A DNA stretch of 64,000 nt from Chloroflexota bacterium (GTDB taxonomy: Bacteria; Chloroflexota; Limnocylindria; Limnocylindrales; CSP1-4). This document shows positions 43,810-53,331 of the stretch, one piece after another. Position 1 is the stretch's first letter. Each line of letters begins with the position of its first letter. The notes under the pieces were generated by a model. It was not told the DNA's origin. It saw only the letters and a list, made by a program, of their open reading frames with translations, and did not search any database. The stretch spans positions 18,113 through 82,112 of the forward strand of contig JANYJG010000061.1 in assembly GCA_025358515.1 (NCBI GenBank), given 5' to 3'. Both the position numbers and the translations under genes were made by a program.

Positions 43810-45192
43810 CTAATCGGCGTAGATCAGCTCTCGCACGGCCGCAAGTTCGCGGCGCAGTTCGTCATTGATGCCGATCTCGCGATTGATCTTGTCGTACGCG
43901 TGAAGGACCGTGGAATGGTCCCGGCCGCCGAGCTCGGCGCCTATGCGCAGCAGCGAGACGTCCGTCTCCTCTCGCATCAGGAACATCGCGATCTGGCGCG
44001 GTACCACGATCGCCCGGTCGCGCTTCTGGCCCTTGAGAGCGTCGATCTGGACGCCGTAATAGTCGGCCACCGCGCGCGTGATCCGCTCCGGCGTGACCTG
44101 GCGCTTTTTGGGGTTGTATAGAACGTTCGAGAGCACGGCCTGGGCCAGCTCGATCGTGATGGGAACCGCACCCATGCTGCTGTAGGCCACAATCCGATTG
44201 AGGGCTCCTTCAAGCTCCCGGATGTTGCTGACGACCTTGCGGGCGATGAACTCGAGGACGTCGGAACTGACTGGGACGGCCTGCTCCTCCGCCTTGGCCC
44301 GAAGGATCGCAATCCGAGTCTCCAGGTCCGGCGCGGTCAGGTCCGCGATAAGGCCCCACTCGAACCGGCTGCGGAGTCGCTCTTCCAGGGTCAGGATCGC
44401 CTTGGGCGGCCGATCCGACGAAAGCACGATTTGTTTGCCGTCCTCGTGGATGGCATTGAATGTGTGGAAGAACTCCTCTTGGGTCCGCTCTTTATCGGCG
44501 ATAAACTGAATGTCGTCGATGAGAAGCAGGTCGATACGGCGGTACCGCCCTCGGAACTCGTCGATCTTGCCTTGCTGGATGCTGGTGATGAATTCGTTGG
44601 TGAACTTCTCGCTGGTGGCATAGACGACGCGCTTTCGGGGGAATCGGGCGATGACCGCGTTGCCTATGGCGTGCATCAGATGCGTCTTGCCCAGGCCAAC
44701 CCCGCCATAGAGGAATAGGGGGTTGTACGCGTGGCCGGGACGCTCCGCGACCGAAAGGCTGGCGGCGTGGGCCAAGCGGTTGGCGGAGCCGACGATAAAG
44801 TTGGCAAAGGTGTAGCGCTGGTTAATGTTCGTGGATGCGCCCTCGGGCGCCCCTATACGCGTCGCCTCCAGGCGGACCGGCTGGCTCATCGCCGGGGAAG
44901 CATTGGCGGCGCCGGCGTTAGGGCCGCCGCTCGAGGAACCCTCGGCGGCCGGCTTGACGACGAACTCAATCTGGACGCTATAGCCGACGATGCGAGCCAG
45001 TGTCTGGGAGATCAGGGAGCGGTAGCGGGTCTCGAGCCAATCCTTGGCGAACCCATTGGGTACCGCGATTTTGAACCGGCTGTCGTAAACGTCGACCAGA
45101 ACGGTGTCACGTAGCCAGGTCTCGAAATTGGCGGGAGACAGGGAAACCTGAAGCTCTCCGAGTGCAGCGCGCCAGACTTGTTTAGCATCCAT
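43810..45192 (-). CDS. dnaA: Chromosomal replication initiator DnaA
   Basis: I chose ATG 45192 ([15 protein letters not shown]). AAA+ motifs: [23 protein letters not shown] and [10 protein letters not shown]-terminal HTH: [11 protein letters not shown]. Confidence 0.95.
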   Translation of the reverse strand: MDAKQVWRAALGELQVSLSPANFETWLRDTVLVDVYDSRFKIAVPNGFAKDWLETRYRSLISQTLARIVGYSVQIEFVVKPAAEGSSSGGPNAGAANASPAMSQPVRLEATRIGAPEGASTNINQRYTFANFIVGSANRLAHAASLSVAERPGHAYNPLFLYGGVGLGKTHLMHAIGNAVIARFPRKRVVYATSEKFTNEFITSIQQGKIDEFRGRYRRIDLLLIDDIQFIADKERTQEEFFHTFNAIHEDGKQIVLSSDRPPKAILTLEERLRSRFEWGLIADLTAPDLETRIAILRAKAEEQAVPVSSDVLEFIARKVVSNIRELEGALNRIVAYSSMGAVPITIELAQAVLSNVLYNPKKRQVTPERITRAVADYYGVQIDALKGQKRDRAIVVPRQIAMFLMREETDVSLLRIGAELGGRDHSTVLHAYDKINREIGINDELRRELAAVRELIYAD

Positions 45193-45498
45193 CGGGGCAG
45201 TCTTAGTCCTGAGCAACCAGAGGAAATAGCCAGAAACGCGACGGACACCCGGTCCCAACCTGCCGCCCGGCGCCGTGAGTTGACGATCACCGAGGCCCCT
45301 TCTCAGGAGCAGTCGGCGACCCCCACGGACCCTCCGAACTGTAGCCCGGGGTTGTCTGGCGCCGTGAGCCGCCGAAGAATACACCGCCCCCCGGGTCGTC
45401 GCAAGGCGCGGAACCTATACGAATCGCATACTCCGGGGGAGTATCGATCGGGAATCGGCCCGGGCCGGCGAACGAGCGAGGAAGATGCTGCGTCGCGT

Positions 45499-45528
45499 TT
45501 GACATAGGGCGGGATCGGTCCGTATAAT
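45499..45528 (+). promoter_or_regulatory. Consensus sigma-70-type promoter TTGACA-18 nt-TATAAT upstream of rpmH
   Basis: Both hexamers are perfect matches seen directly. The promoter lies about 105 nt upstream of the rpmH ATG. Confidence 0.6.
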
Positions 45529-45633
45529 CCGCCGGCACACGCGCTGCAGCGCTTTATTGGGCGCCCAGCGCGTTCGCGTGCCTTTCGGGGTATTCTGAAC
45601 CCCGAGGCTGTATGGAGAAATACCCACCGTCCG

Positions 45634-45768
45634 ATGAAACAGACCTATCAGCCCAAGAAGCGGCATCGCTCCAAGGAGCACGGCTTCCGCGCCCGGATGA
45701 AGACCACCGGAGGGCGCCGAGTACTGGCGGCCCGCCGAGCTCGCGGCCGCAAGAAGCTAACGGTCTGA
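45634..45768 (+). CDS. rpmH: 50S ribosomal protein L34
   Basis: My own translation gives [44 protein letters not shown] (44 aa, below the ORF-track cutoff). Confidence 0.95.
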   Translation: MKQTYQPKKRHRSKEHGFRARMKTTGGRRVLAARRARGRKKLTV

Positions 45769-45803
45769 CCACGGACCGCGGCCACAATTCGCCGCGGCTG
45801 GTG

Positions 45804-46139
45804 ATGCTCTCTAGGCCGGTGGACTTCGCCGCACTCCAGGGTAACGGAACCGTGAGGTCCCATTCCCTGCTCGTGGTGAGAATCCGCCGGACGGACCTCG
45901 AGGTAACGCGCTTCGGGTTATCAACCGGACGCAAGCTCGGCGGAGCGGTAGTTCGGAACCGGGTGCGCAGGCGGCTTCGTGAGGCACTAAGGGTGATGGC
46001 GCCCTCGTTCCAGTCAGGCTGGGACGTTCTGATCATCGCCCGACAGCCTGTAATCGCGTCGGACTTCAAATCGATGGCCGACGCACTGTCTTACCTCCTC
46101 CGTCGGGGAGGCGTTCTGGGAGGGCGGACCCTCTTGTGA
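45804..46139 (+). CDS. rnpA: Ribonuclease P protein component
   Basis: [27 protein letters not shown]. It follows rpmH. The start could be ATG 45804 or GTG 45801. Confidence 0.85.
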   Translation: MLSRPVDFAALQGNGTVRSHSLLVVRIRRTDLEVTRFGLSTGRKLGGAVVRNRVRRRLREALRVMAPSFQSGWDVLIIARQPVIASDFKSMADALSYLLRRGGVLGGRTLL

Positions 46140-46342
46140 AAACGATCGGTATCGGGCTCATCAGGCTCTACCGCCGTCTCTTCGCATGGCGTCCGTCGGT
46201 CTGTCGCTACGAACCGACCTGTTCGGAATACACCGAACAGGCAATCCAAAAGTACGGCCTGCTTCGAGGGAGTTGGATGGGAATGCGTCGCATCGCTCGC
46301 TGTCACCCGTGGAGTCGCGGTGGCTACGACCCCGTTCGTTAG
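46136..46342 (+). CDS. yidD: Membrane protein insertion efficiency factor YidD
   Basis: [52 protein letters not shown]. Confidence 0.9.
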   Translation: MKTIGIGLIRLYRRLFAWRPSVCRYEPTCSEYTEQAIQKYGLLRGSWMGMRRIARCHPWSRGGYDPVR

Positions 46343-46343
46343 C

Positions 46344-47624
46344 ATGAGCTCACCCAAGCTGTCCACGCCTCGTGTAACCCTCAAGCGTCTGGCCGCGCTC
46401 GGGCTGTTCGTCGCGCTCATCGCCATTGCGGTCGTTGCCTGCGGCACCAGCGGTCCCACCGACTCGACCTCCAGTCAGGCGGCAAGCGCCTCAATCTCGA
46501 CCTCCGGCGCCTCTCCGGCGGCGAGCGGCTCCTCGGCGGCGAGCGTTACCACATCGCCCACGCCAAAACCCACACCCGAACCCTTGCCGCTCGAGCCGGC
46601 CAAACCCGGAGCGGATCCGGTCGCCCTTTTGGCGACCATCTTTACGCCGCTCTTCCAGGGCCTGTTCCTGCTTCTGGTGGGGCTATACGCAATCACCGGT
46701 AACGTGGTTATCGCGATCGTGCTGATGACCCTGCTGATTCGGCTGGTTACGGTGAAGCTCTCGGGCCGTCAGATCGCCTCGCAGCAGCGCATGTATCGGA
46801 TCCAGCCGGAACTCAAAGAACTTCAGAAAGAGCTCCAGCGCCGGTACAAAGGCGATCGGATGGCCATCCAACAAGCCAGTACGGCCTTCTACAAGGAACG
46901 AGGCGTCAGCCCCACCGCCGGCTGCCTGCCGTCCCTGCTCCAAATGGGCTTGCTCTTCCCGATGTATTGGGTCATCCGCGACGGTCTGACCAACTACGAC
47001 CCAAGCGCGATGATGCGGGTCTTCGGGCTGAACCTCGTGCCGTCCATCACCTGCCCCAATACCGCCCATATCATCAACGGTGTTCTGGACAAATCGGCGC
47101 CGTGCTTCAACACGGTGGTCGCCGGCATCAACGTCGGCCAGCCGCAGATCCTCTTCAACTTGCCGATCCTCTCGTTCTTCACGCTGGGCGTTAGCGCGCT
47201 CGCGCTCGCGTCCGCGGCGCTTCAGTTTGTCCAGAGCCGGATGCTGATGCCGCCGGCAGCGGAGAACGATGCTTCGGCGAGCACTCAACGCAACATGATG
47301 GTGCTCTTCCCGTTCATCTCGATCTTGTACGGCGGTTTCCTGCCGGCCGGTCTGTTCGTGTACTGGATCACGACATCGGTCTTCTCGATCGTGCAACAGT
47401 TCCTGATCGTGGGCTGGGGCTCGATGTTCCCGCTCTTCGGCTGGAACCCGGGCTTTGCCCGCAATCACACCCCACGGTTCCCGGTCACCATGCCCGAGCC
47501 AGTGAAGTCAGGTACTTCAGTGGCTGCTACCCGGATCCAGCCGGAGGAGCGCTGGGCATCGGCGGCCCATACGGTCCGACCCAATACTCACCGGCGACAG
47601 GGCCGACGAGGGAGACGACGCTGA
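46344..47624 (+). CDS. yidC: YidC/Oxa1-family membrane insertase (lipoprotein type)
   Basis: ATG 46344 lies just after the yidD stop. Lipobox AVVACG. Conserved core: LLIRLVTVKLSGRQIASQQRMYRIQPELKELQ ... GCLPSLLQMGLLFPMYW. Confidence 0.9.
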   Translation: MSSPKLSTPRVTLKRLAALGLFVALIAIAVVACGTSGPTDSTSSQAASASISTSGASPAASGSSAASVTTSPTPKPTPEPLPLEPAKPGADPVALLATIFTPLFQGLFLLLVGLYAITGNVVIAIVLMTLLIRLVTVKLSGRQIASQQRMYRIQPELKELQKELQRRYKGDRMAIQQASTAFYKERGVSPTAGCLPSLLQMGLLFPMYWVIRDGLTNYDPSAMMRVFGLNLVPSITCPNTAHIINGVLDKSAPCFNTVVAGINVGQPQILFNLPILSFFTLGVSALALASAALQFVQSRMLMPPAAENDASASTQRNMMVLFPFISILYGGFLPAGLFVYWITTSVFSIVQQFLIVGWGSMFPLFGWNPGFARNHTPRFPVTMPEPVKSGTSVAATRIQPEERWASAAHTVRPNTHRRQGRRGRRR

Positions 47625-47625
47625 C

Positions 47626-48756
47626 ATGACTGCATACCGCGACGCATACCGCGAGTTCACCGGCAAGACGGTGGAAGAGGCGCTGCGCGGCGCCCGTGAT
47701 GAGTTTGGAGTGGGGCTCGATGCGCTCGACTTCGAAATCCTCACCCCGGGTAGCCGGGGAGTGCTCGGCATGGGAGCCGAGCCCGCCAGGGTTCTGGCCG
47801 CTCCGCGATCGCTGCTCGGCGGCACCGCCCCCAAGCGCGAGGCGGCGGCGCAAGTTCCGCTGCCGGCCCCGGCTCAAGACCGCGAAGAGCGACCTCGCCC
47901 GGACCGCGACCTGGGACAAGAACGGGGCCCTCGCCCCGCATGGCTGGACGATCGGGGTCCCGATCGTGGCCCGAGCGCCGACCGTAGCGGACGCCCGGAC
48001 GACCGTGGCTCGAGCGCCGACCGCGGCCCACGCCCGGAAGCTCCGCGCATGGGCCGTTCGCCCCGCCCTGAGCGTGGCCCACGACCCGACCGTGGCCCCG
48101 CCCGGCCGGACGGACGACCACCCTTCGGCGATCGAGACCGCGGCCCGCGCCGTGACGATCGAGACCGCGGGCCGCGCCGCGATGCAGTGCGTCCCGCACC
48201 TCAGGTTGGCCTGACCGCCAAGGATATTGCAGAGATCGCCGCGGCTCGCGGCGCGCCTCACTCCGAGCGAGCCGAGTCTGCCGAGGTCACCCCCGAGGCT
48301 ATGGCCGCGGCTAAGGAAATACTCGAGCAGATCATGTCCCAGCTCGAGTTCCACGTCCGCGTCGAGATCAACGCAGGCGAAACCAACCGCCTGAACGTGG
48401 TTGGCGAAGGCGACGAGAAGGAAGCTCTGGGCGCGCTGATCGGCCGCAAGGGCGAGCGCCTGTCTGCCCTCCAGCATCTCGTTAACCTGCTCCTGTCCAA
48501 GCGTGTCGGGGAGTGGACCCGCATACTCGTCGATGTCGAGGACTACCGCGGCCGCCGCGAACGCCAGCTTCGGGATCTGGCCAACAGAGCCGCGGAGCGA
48601 GTCATGGACACGGGCAAAATGCTCCAATTGGAGCCGATGCCGGCCCTGGAGCGCCGTTGGATTCACCTTGCCCTGCGCGATCACGAGCGGGTGGCCACGC
48701 AGTCGATCGGCGAGGAGCCCAACCGTCGAGTAGTGGTTTTGCCGCGCGACGTGTAG
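47626..48756 (+). CDS. jag: Jag/KhpB-type RNA-binding protein (Jag_N, KH, R3H) with a long Arg/Gly/Pro/Asp-rich insert
   Basis: N-terminal FTGKTVEEALRGARDEFGV. C-terminal LEPMPALERRWIHLALRDHERVATQSIGEEPNRRVVVLPR (R3H). The insert of about 130 aa consists of DRGPRP-like repeats. Confidence 0.85.
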   Translation: MTAYRDAYREFTGKTVEEALRGARDEFGVGLDALDFEILTPGSRGVLGMGAEPARVLAAPRSLLGGTAPKREAAAQVPLPAPAQDREERPRPDRDLGQERGPRPAWLDDRGPDRGPSADRSGRPDDRGSSADRGPRPEAPRMGRSPRPERGPRPDRGPARPDGRPPFGDRDRGPRRDDRDRGPRRDAVRPAPQVGLTAKDIAEIAAARGAPHSERAESAEVTPEAMAAAKEILEQIMSQLEFHVRVEINAGETNRLNVVGEGDEKEALGALIGRKGERLSALQHLVNLLLSKRVGEWTRILVDVEDYRGRRERQLRDLANRAAERVMDTGKMLQLEPMPALERRWIHLALRDHERVATQSIGEEPNRRVVVLPRDV

Positions 48757-48946
48757 GTGACCCGCCCCCTCGTAAAGGGGCGGCGGCGCCCGCATTCGAG
48801 GTCGCCCAGGCCTTCCTTTTGTGGCGTGCAGTAATGTGTGGCATTCTGCTCAACAATTGAACCTCGGGGCGACGTAACGAAGTGAGTTGGCCGTGCGTCT
48901 ATAGCGCCACCGGAACCATCACTCCGGCGTTCAGCCAAATTACCCG

Positions 48947-51067
48947 GTGCCGACCGATGTGCCGACCCCGGCTGCAGAAGGAACGATGATGCCAACGGAT
49001 ACGCTCGAGCCGTCCAAGCCGCTCGAGCCAAAGGGTAAGTTCGAGTCTGAGGCCCCGGCTTGGGGCCAGGATCCTGTGCTCGGCACAGGTCCCGCCGAGC
49101 CGCTCGCCGCCGAAACCGTTCAGGCGACAACCTCGAACGACTCCGTGGAGATGCATGCGCGGACCCCCAAGGCCAGCCGCAAATCTTCTGTTTCCAAGGA
49201 GACGGGTTCCCGCGGTAGTCTTCACGTTATCCCCTTTGCCGTGGCCTTCGTCGGGGGCATCTTCGGGGTGCTGCTGCTGGCGGCCGCGACCGTCTTCGGG
49301 GTCTCGCGTGCCTATGACAATCGCATTCTCCCGGGCGTCCACGTTGGGACGGTGGACCTGTCCGGCCTGAATCGCGACCAGGCTGTGGTCAAGCTCAGCG
49401 ATTCCTACTCATACCTAGGACGAGGCGACATCGTCGTCGTCACCCCCGGGGGCAGCGAGACGATCTCGTACGGCCAGGTCAGCCGCGGCGCCGACGTCAC
49501 TGTAATGGCAGACGCAGCCCTCGCGGCCGGGCGGTCGAGCGATCCCATCTCTACCGCTGTCGGACTCCTTCACACCCTGGTCGCCGGAGATCAGATTCCC
49601 GTCGTCGTAAAGGTCGACACGCAGGCTCTGGCCAGACAGCTCCATGCGATCACCTCATCCAGTGCGGTTCCGCCAACCGACGCCAGAGTCACTTCAGACG
49701 GCAAGACTTTCACCCTGATGCCTTCCGCATCCGGGCGCGGCGTCGATGAAAAGGCGATCGGCGTCTGGCTTGTCGATCAGCTGTCCTCTGACAACGCCCC
49801 CAGTTCACTGCAGACCGATCCCACGTACGCCGCCATCCAACCCACGGTGACCGACCAAGAGGCGCAGGGCGCCATAGCGTCCGCCCAGAACATGATCGTG
49901 GACCTGACTGTCACACAGGGTAGCCAGAGTTGGACGATCGACAAGGCCAAGGTCAAGACCTGGATCGTCTTCGGTGTCGCTTTGGACGGCAAGTTCCGCC
50001 CGGCAGTCGATCCGGCCCTCATCAAGGCCGATGTTGCCACGCTGGCGAGCAAGGTGAACGTTGCTGCCGTAGAGCCCATCATTATCATCGATAGGACCGG
50101 CAAGCCAATCGGCGTGGCCAACGGCAAGAACGGCATAACCCTCGACAGCGACGGAACGGCACAGGCCGTCGCCCTCTATCTGGACAATTTGGCCAATACG
50201 CCCAGCAGCGGCCCCTACAGCGTTGCGTTGGCGACGTCGGTCACTCAGCCTCGGCTGACCTCCACCATACCCGTCAACATGGTAATCATCGGGTCGTGGC
50301 ATACGGACTTCTTCCCCGGTGAGTCCAACGGCAACGGCGCGAACATCCGAGTGCCGGCGAAGGTCCTCAACGGCCAGGTAGTCGCCCCCGGCCAGATGTT
50401 CAGCTTCTTCCAGAGCGTCGGCCCCATCGACGCGGCTCACGGATTCAAGATGGGCGGCGTCATCAAGAACGGTCAGAGCAATCACACCGGGGCCATGGGC
50501 GGCGGCATTTGCTCAGCCTCCACGACGATGTTCAACGCGGCGGCCAGGGCCGGTCTGAAGATCGACGAGCGCCACCAGCATTTCTACTACATCGATCGCT
50601 ACCCGAAGGGCCTGGACGCGACCGTGTACTCCAATGGCAACACCGTTTGGGACATGCGCTGGACCAACGACACTCCATACCCAATCGTGATCCGCGCCTA
50701 CGCCACGTACGGTTCCCAGAGCAGGGTTACGTTCGAACTCTGGAGCGTCGCGACCGGCCGCAAGGTGGTGTTCTCAAAGGCAACCCAGACGGACAACGTG
50801 ACGGCTACGAGCACCACTCGCTACGTGAGCACGCTCAAGCCGGGCCAGACGTACCGCCAGGAATACAAGACCAACGGCTTCAATAGCTTCGTCACCCGCA
50901 CTGTCACGGACTCCAGCGGCACCCTCCTGTACTTCGACAAGTTCTACTCCCACTATGGGAAGGTCGACGGTGTCCTCCAGATCGGCGGTCCTGCTCCCAC
51001 GCCTAAAACTTCTCCGCCTCCACCAGCGTCCAAATCGCCGACGCCTACAGCGTCCAAATCGCCGTAG
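48947..51067 (+). CDS. VanW-domain protein (YoaR-like), membrane-anchored
   Basis: TM: IPFAVAFVGGIFGVLLLAAATVFG. VanW core: GGGICSASTTMFNAAARAGLKIDERHQHFYYIDRYPKGLDATV. The exact start is uncertain. Confidence 0.8.
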   Translation: MPTDVPTPAAEGTMMPTDTLEPSKPLEPKGKFESEAPAWGQDPVLGTGPAEPLAAETVQATTSNDSVEMHARTPKASRKSSVSKETGSRGSLHVIPFAVAFVGGIFGVLLLAAATVFGVSRAYDNRILPGVHVGTVDLSGLNRDQAVVKLSDSYSYLGRGDIVVVTPGGSETISYGQVSRGADVTVMADAALAAGRSSDPISTAVGLLHTLVAGDQIPVVVKVDTQALARQLHAITSSSAVPPTDARVTSDGKTFTLMPSASGRGVDEKAIGVWLVDQLSSDNAPSSLQTDPTYAAIQPTVTDQEAQGAIASAQNMIVDLTVTQGSQSWTIDKAKVKTWIVFGVALDGKFRPAVDPALIKADVATLASKVNVAAVEPIIIIDRTGKPIGVANGKNGITLDSDGTAQAVALYLDNLANTPSSGPYSVALATSVTQPRLTSTIPVNMVIIGSWHTDFFPGESNGNGANIRVPAKVLNGQVVAPGQMFSFFQSVGPIDAAHGFKMGGVIKNGQSNHTGAMGGGICSASTTMFNAAARAGLKIDERHQHFYYIDRYPKGLDATVYSNGNTVWDMRWTNDTPYPIVIRAYATYGSQSRVTFELWSVATGRKVVFSKATQTDNVTATSTTRYVSTLKPGQTYRQEYKTNGFNSFVTRTVTDSSGTLLYFDKFYSHYGKVDGVLQIGGPAPTPKTSPPPPASKSPTPTASKSP

Positions 51068-51138
51068 CGTCACCGAGCTGAGTGGCGGTGGCTAAGAGGC
51101 CCACTCACGGGTCCTTTAGCCGTGTCGTAGAACGTAGC

Positions 51139-51172
51139 AGAGCCGGCGCCTAGAGCGCCGGCTCTTCATTTT
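51139..51172 (+). terminator. Intrinsic terminator after the VanW gene (11-bp GC stem plus T-rich tail), overlapping the stop of the convergent MFS gene
   Basis: AGAGCCGGCGC-ctaga-GCGCCGGCTCT followed by TCATTTT. Confidence 0.65.
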
Positions 51173-52454
51173 CCGATGAGGCCCGGTATGAGAGCAGCTG
51201 CGGGAATTGGCGCACGACGCCAAGCAGACCCACAAGGCACAGGATCCCGCCTGAGACCACCGAGAACTGCGGTCCCGCCAACGCGGCCATCGCCGCGGCC
51301 TCCGCGTCGCCTAAGCGCGGCCCGCTGGTCACGACGAGGATGTGGATCGACGACAGGCGGCCGCGCAGCCGATCCGGCGTGGTCAGCTGTAGGATCGAAC
51401 TACGAAGCACGGCGCTGATGACGTCCGCGCCGCTGGCGATCGCCAGGCACAGGAGCGCCAAAGGGAAGCTGGCGGCAAACAGCCCGAACCCGATGATGCC
51501 AGCGCCCCAGGCCGCAACGGCGATGACGACACCGCGCCCAGGCCGCACCACGCGCCCGACCCAGCCGGAGAGCGTGGCGGCAATAAGGGCCCCGACCGCC
51601 GGCGCCGCGTTGAGCAGGCCATAGCCCGCGGGTCCAGTGTTGAAGACCGTCAAGGCGAGCTGCGGGAATAGCGATGTCGGGCTGCCGAAGACCATCGCGT
51701 TGATATCGATTGCAAACGTGGAGAGAATGATGCGGTGAGCGCGGGCGAACCCGATTCCCTCGGCGATGCCCCTCAGGCTCGGTCTTGCCGCCTCCGGATG
51801 TGGCGGAATCGGAGCGATCAGCAGTAGGGCACCCAGACTGGCGAGGAAGGTGACGACGTCGAACGTGAAGGCCATCGCGACGCCGCTCGTGGCGATGAGG
51901 ATCCCGCCAAACACGGCCCCCAAGACCCCAACGGTCTGGGAGCTGAGCCAATTGAGGGCGATGGCCGCCGGCAGGCGCTCTCGTGGGACGAGTCGAGGGA
52001 TGGCCGAGGATCGGGCAGGCTGATCTACCGCGCCGACTCCGGCGGCGACGAGGGCAATTGCGTAGAGCGCCCACACCGGCGGACTGGGCATGAATGCGAC
52101 CACGGCCAGGCCAAGACTGCTGGCCGCAAGAGCGAGCTGCGTGATCAGCAGCAGGCGACGCCGGTCCACCGCGTCCGCGACGGCGCCACCGCCGAGGGAG
52201 AAGACGAGGATCGGACCCAGCTGGACCAGGGCCAGCAGTCCGATCGAGAGAGAGTTGTGGGTCAGCTGCCAGAGCTCGAATGGCAGGGCGACAACAGTGA
52301 CCTGGCGACCCAGACCGCTGATGAGCTGGCCCAACCACAGGATGCGGAAGTCATGGTCGCGCTTGATCGGCTCCAGGTCGACCAGCAGTCCACGCAGACG
52401 CGCCCCGAAACGCTGCAAGTGTTCGGTTCGTCCTGTCGTGTTGGGGTCAGGCAT
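51150..52454 (-). CDS. MFS transporter (MFS_3/EntS-like)
   Basis: DFRILWLGQLISGLGRQVTVVALPFELWQLT ... GGAVADAVDRRRLLL. 12 TMs. Confidence 0.85.
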   Translation of the reverse strand: MPDPNTTGRTEHLQRFGARLRGLLVDLEPIKRDHDFRILWLGQLISGLGRQVTVVALPFELWQLTHNSLSIGLLALVQLGPILVFSLGGGAVADAVDRRRLLLITQLALAASSLGLAVVAFMPSPPVWALYAIALVAAGVGAVDQPARSSAIPRLVPRERLPAAIALNWLSSQTVGVLGAVFGGILIATSGVAMAFTFDVVTFLASLGALLLIAPIPPHPEAARPSLRGIAEGIGFARAHRIILSTFAIDINAMVFGSPTSLFPQLALTVFNTGPAGYGLLNAAPAVGALIAATLSGWVGRVVRPGRGVVIAVAAWGAGIIGFGLFAASFPLALLCLAIASGADVISAVLRSSILQLTTPDRLRGRLSSIHILVVTSGPRLGDAEAAAMAALAGPQFSVVSGGILCLVGLLGVVRQFPQLLSYRASSENEEPAL

Positions 52455-52470
52455 TTCGGAACAAGTAGGG

Positions 52471-53130
52471 TCAGTCGGGCCGCGAGGTCAGCAGGGCGGT
52501 TGCCACGCACCCGAACCACAGAAGCAGGCTCAGGAGCGCCGCCCACTCGAGCAGCGGCACCGACCAGATCGCTTCTCGCACCCCGATATGTGCGTTCGCG
52601 TCTACCGGGCGATAGGTCGAGTGGACGGCCAGGAACAGGGCGAACACCCCAACCGCCAGGCCGCCCGGCACGATAAGAAAGAGCGAGAAGGAAGGTCGCG
52701 GTGCGGCCAGCAGCCACAGGCTGAAGATCGCAGCGACCATCCAGCCCGTCATGAAGAAGACTCCGGACGCGGCGCGGTGGAGGGTAGGGAGGTCCATGGG
52801 AAAGACGCCCACGAGCGATCCAGAGATACCGGCGAGCACTCCCGCCACCACAAATGCAGAGCGGTAGTGGCCGGTCAACCGCCGCGAAAGCAACATCAAG
52901 AAGACTCCGAGGCCGATCCGGCCCAGGAGAATCCCGAAATTGAAAACAAGTGCCAGACGGGATGTCCCGGCCTCGCCCAGTTCGGAAACGAAGTGGTTCA
53001 GGGGCGAGTAGGACTCGCGGGTCCAGCCCGAATAGGCGAGGGACGTGACGGCGGTGCCGCTGAGGATGACCGCGATGGAACCGAGCCCCAGGAAACCGAT
53101 CGTTCGGGCCGATGCCGGCGAGGCTCTCAC
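52471..53130 (-). CDS. Polytopic membrane protein (DUF998-like)
   Basis: 219 aa with about 6-7 TMs. SPLNHFVSELGE after TM1 resembles DUF998. The family call is from memory only. Confidence 0.5.
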   Translation of the reverse strand: MRASPASARTIGFLGLGSIAVILSGTAVTSLAYSGWTRESYSPLNHFVSELGEAGTSRLALVFNFGILLGRIGLGVFLMLLSRRLTGHYRSAFVVAGVLAGISGSLVGVFPMDLPTLHRAASGVFFMTGWMVAAIFSLWLLAAPRPSFSLFLIVPGGLAVGVFALFLAVHSTYRPVDANAHIGVREAIWSVPLLEWAALLSLLLWFGCVATALLTSRPD

Positions 53131-53331
53131 GCCCGGATATCGACCAGCCGACCTGACGGGTGGACGTCCACGCTTATCGTCATCGAGGAATCAAGCCCCA
53201 AGGCGCGGTCGGGATCGAATCTGGCGTCGTAAGCGCGATGTCCATGGTCACGAAGATAACAGAGGTCCAAGCGCTGGGTTGCTCGGGCGCACCACCTGCT
53301 TGGAACAGCCCGGGCAATCAGGACCCGGGCG

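Noticed and set aside
45427-45443. Short palindrome ATACTCC-GGG-GGAGTAT in the dnaA-rpmH spacer, considered as a DnaA-related or regulatory site
   Set aside because: The stem is only 7 bp, it does not resemble a DnaA box, and no repetition is present. Too weak to call.
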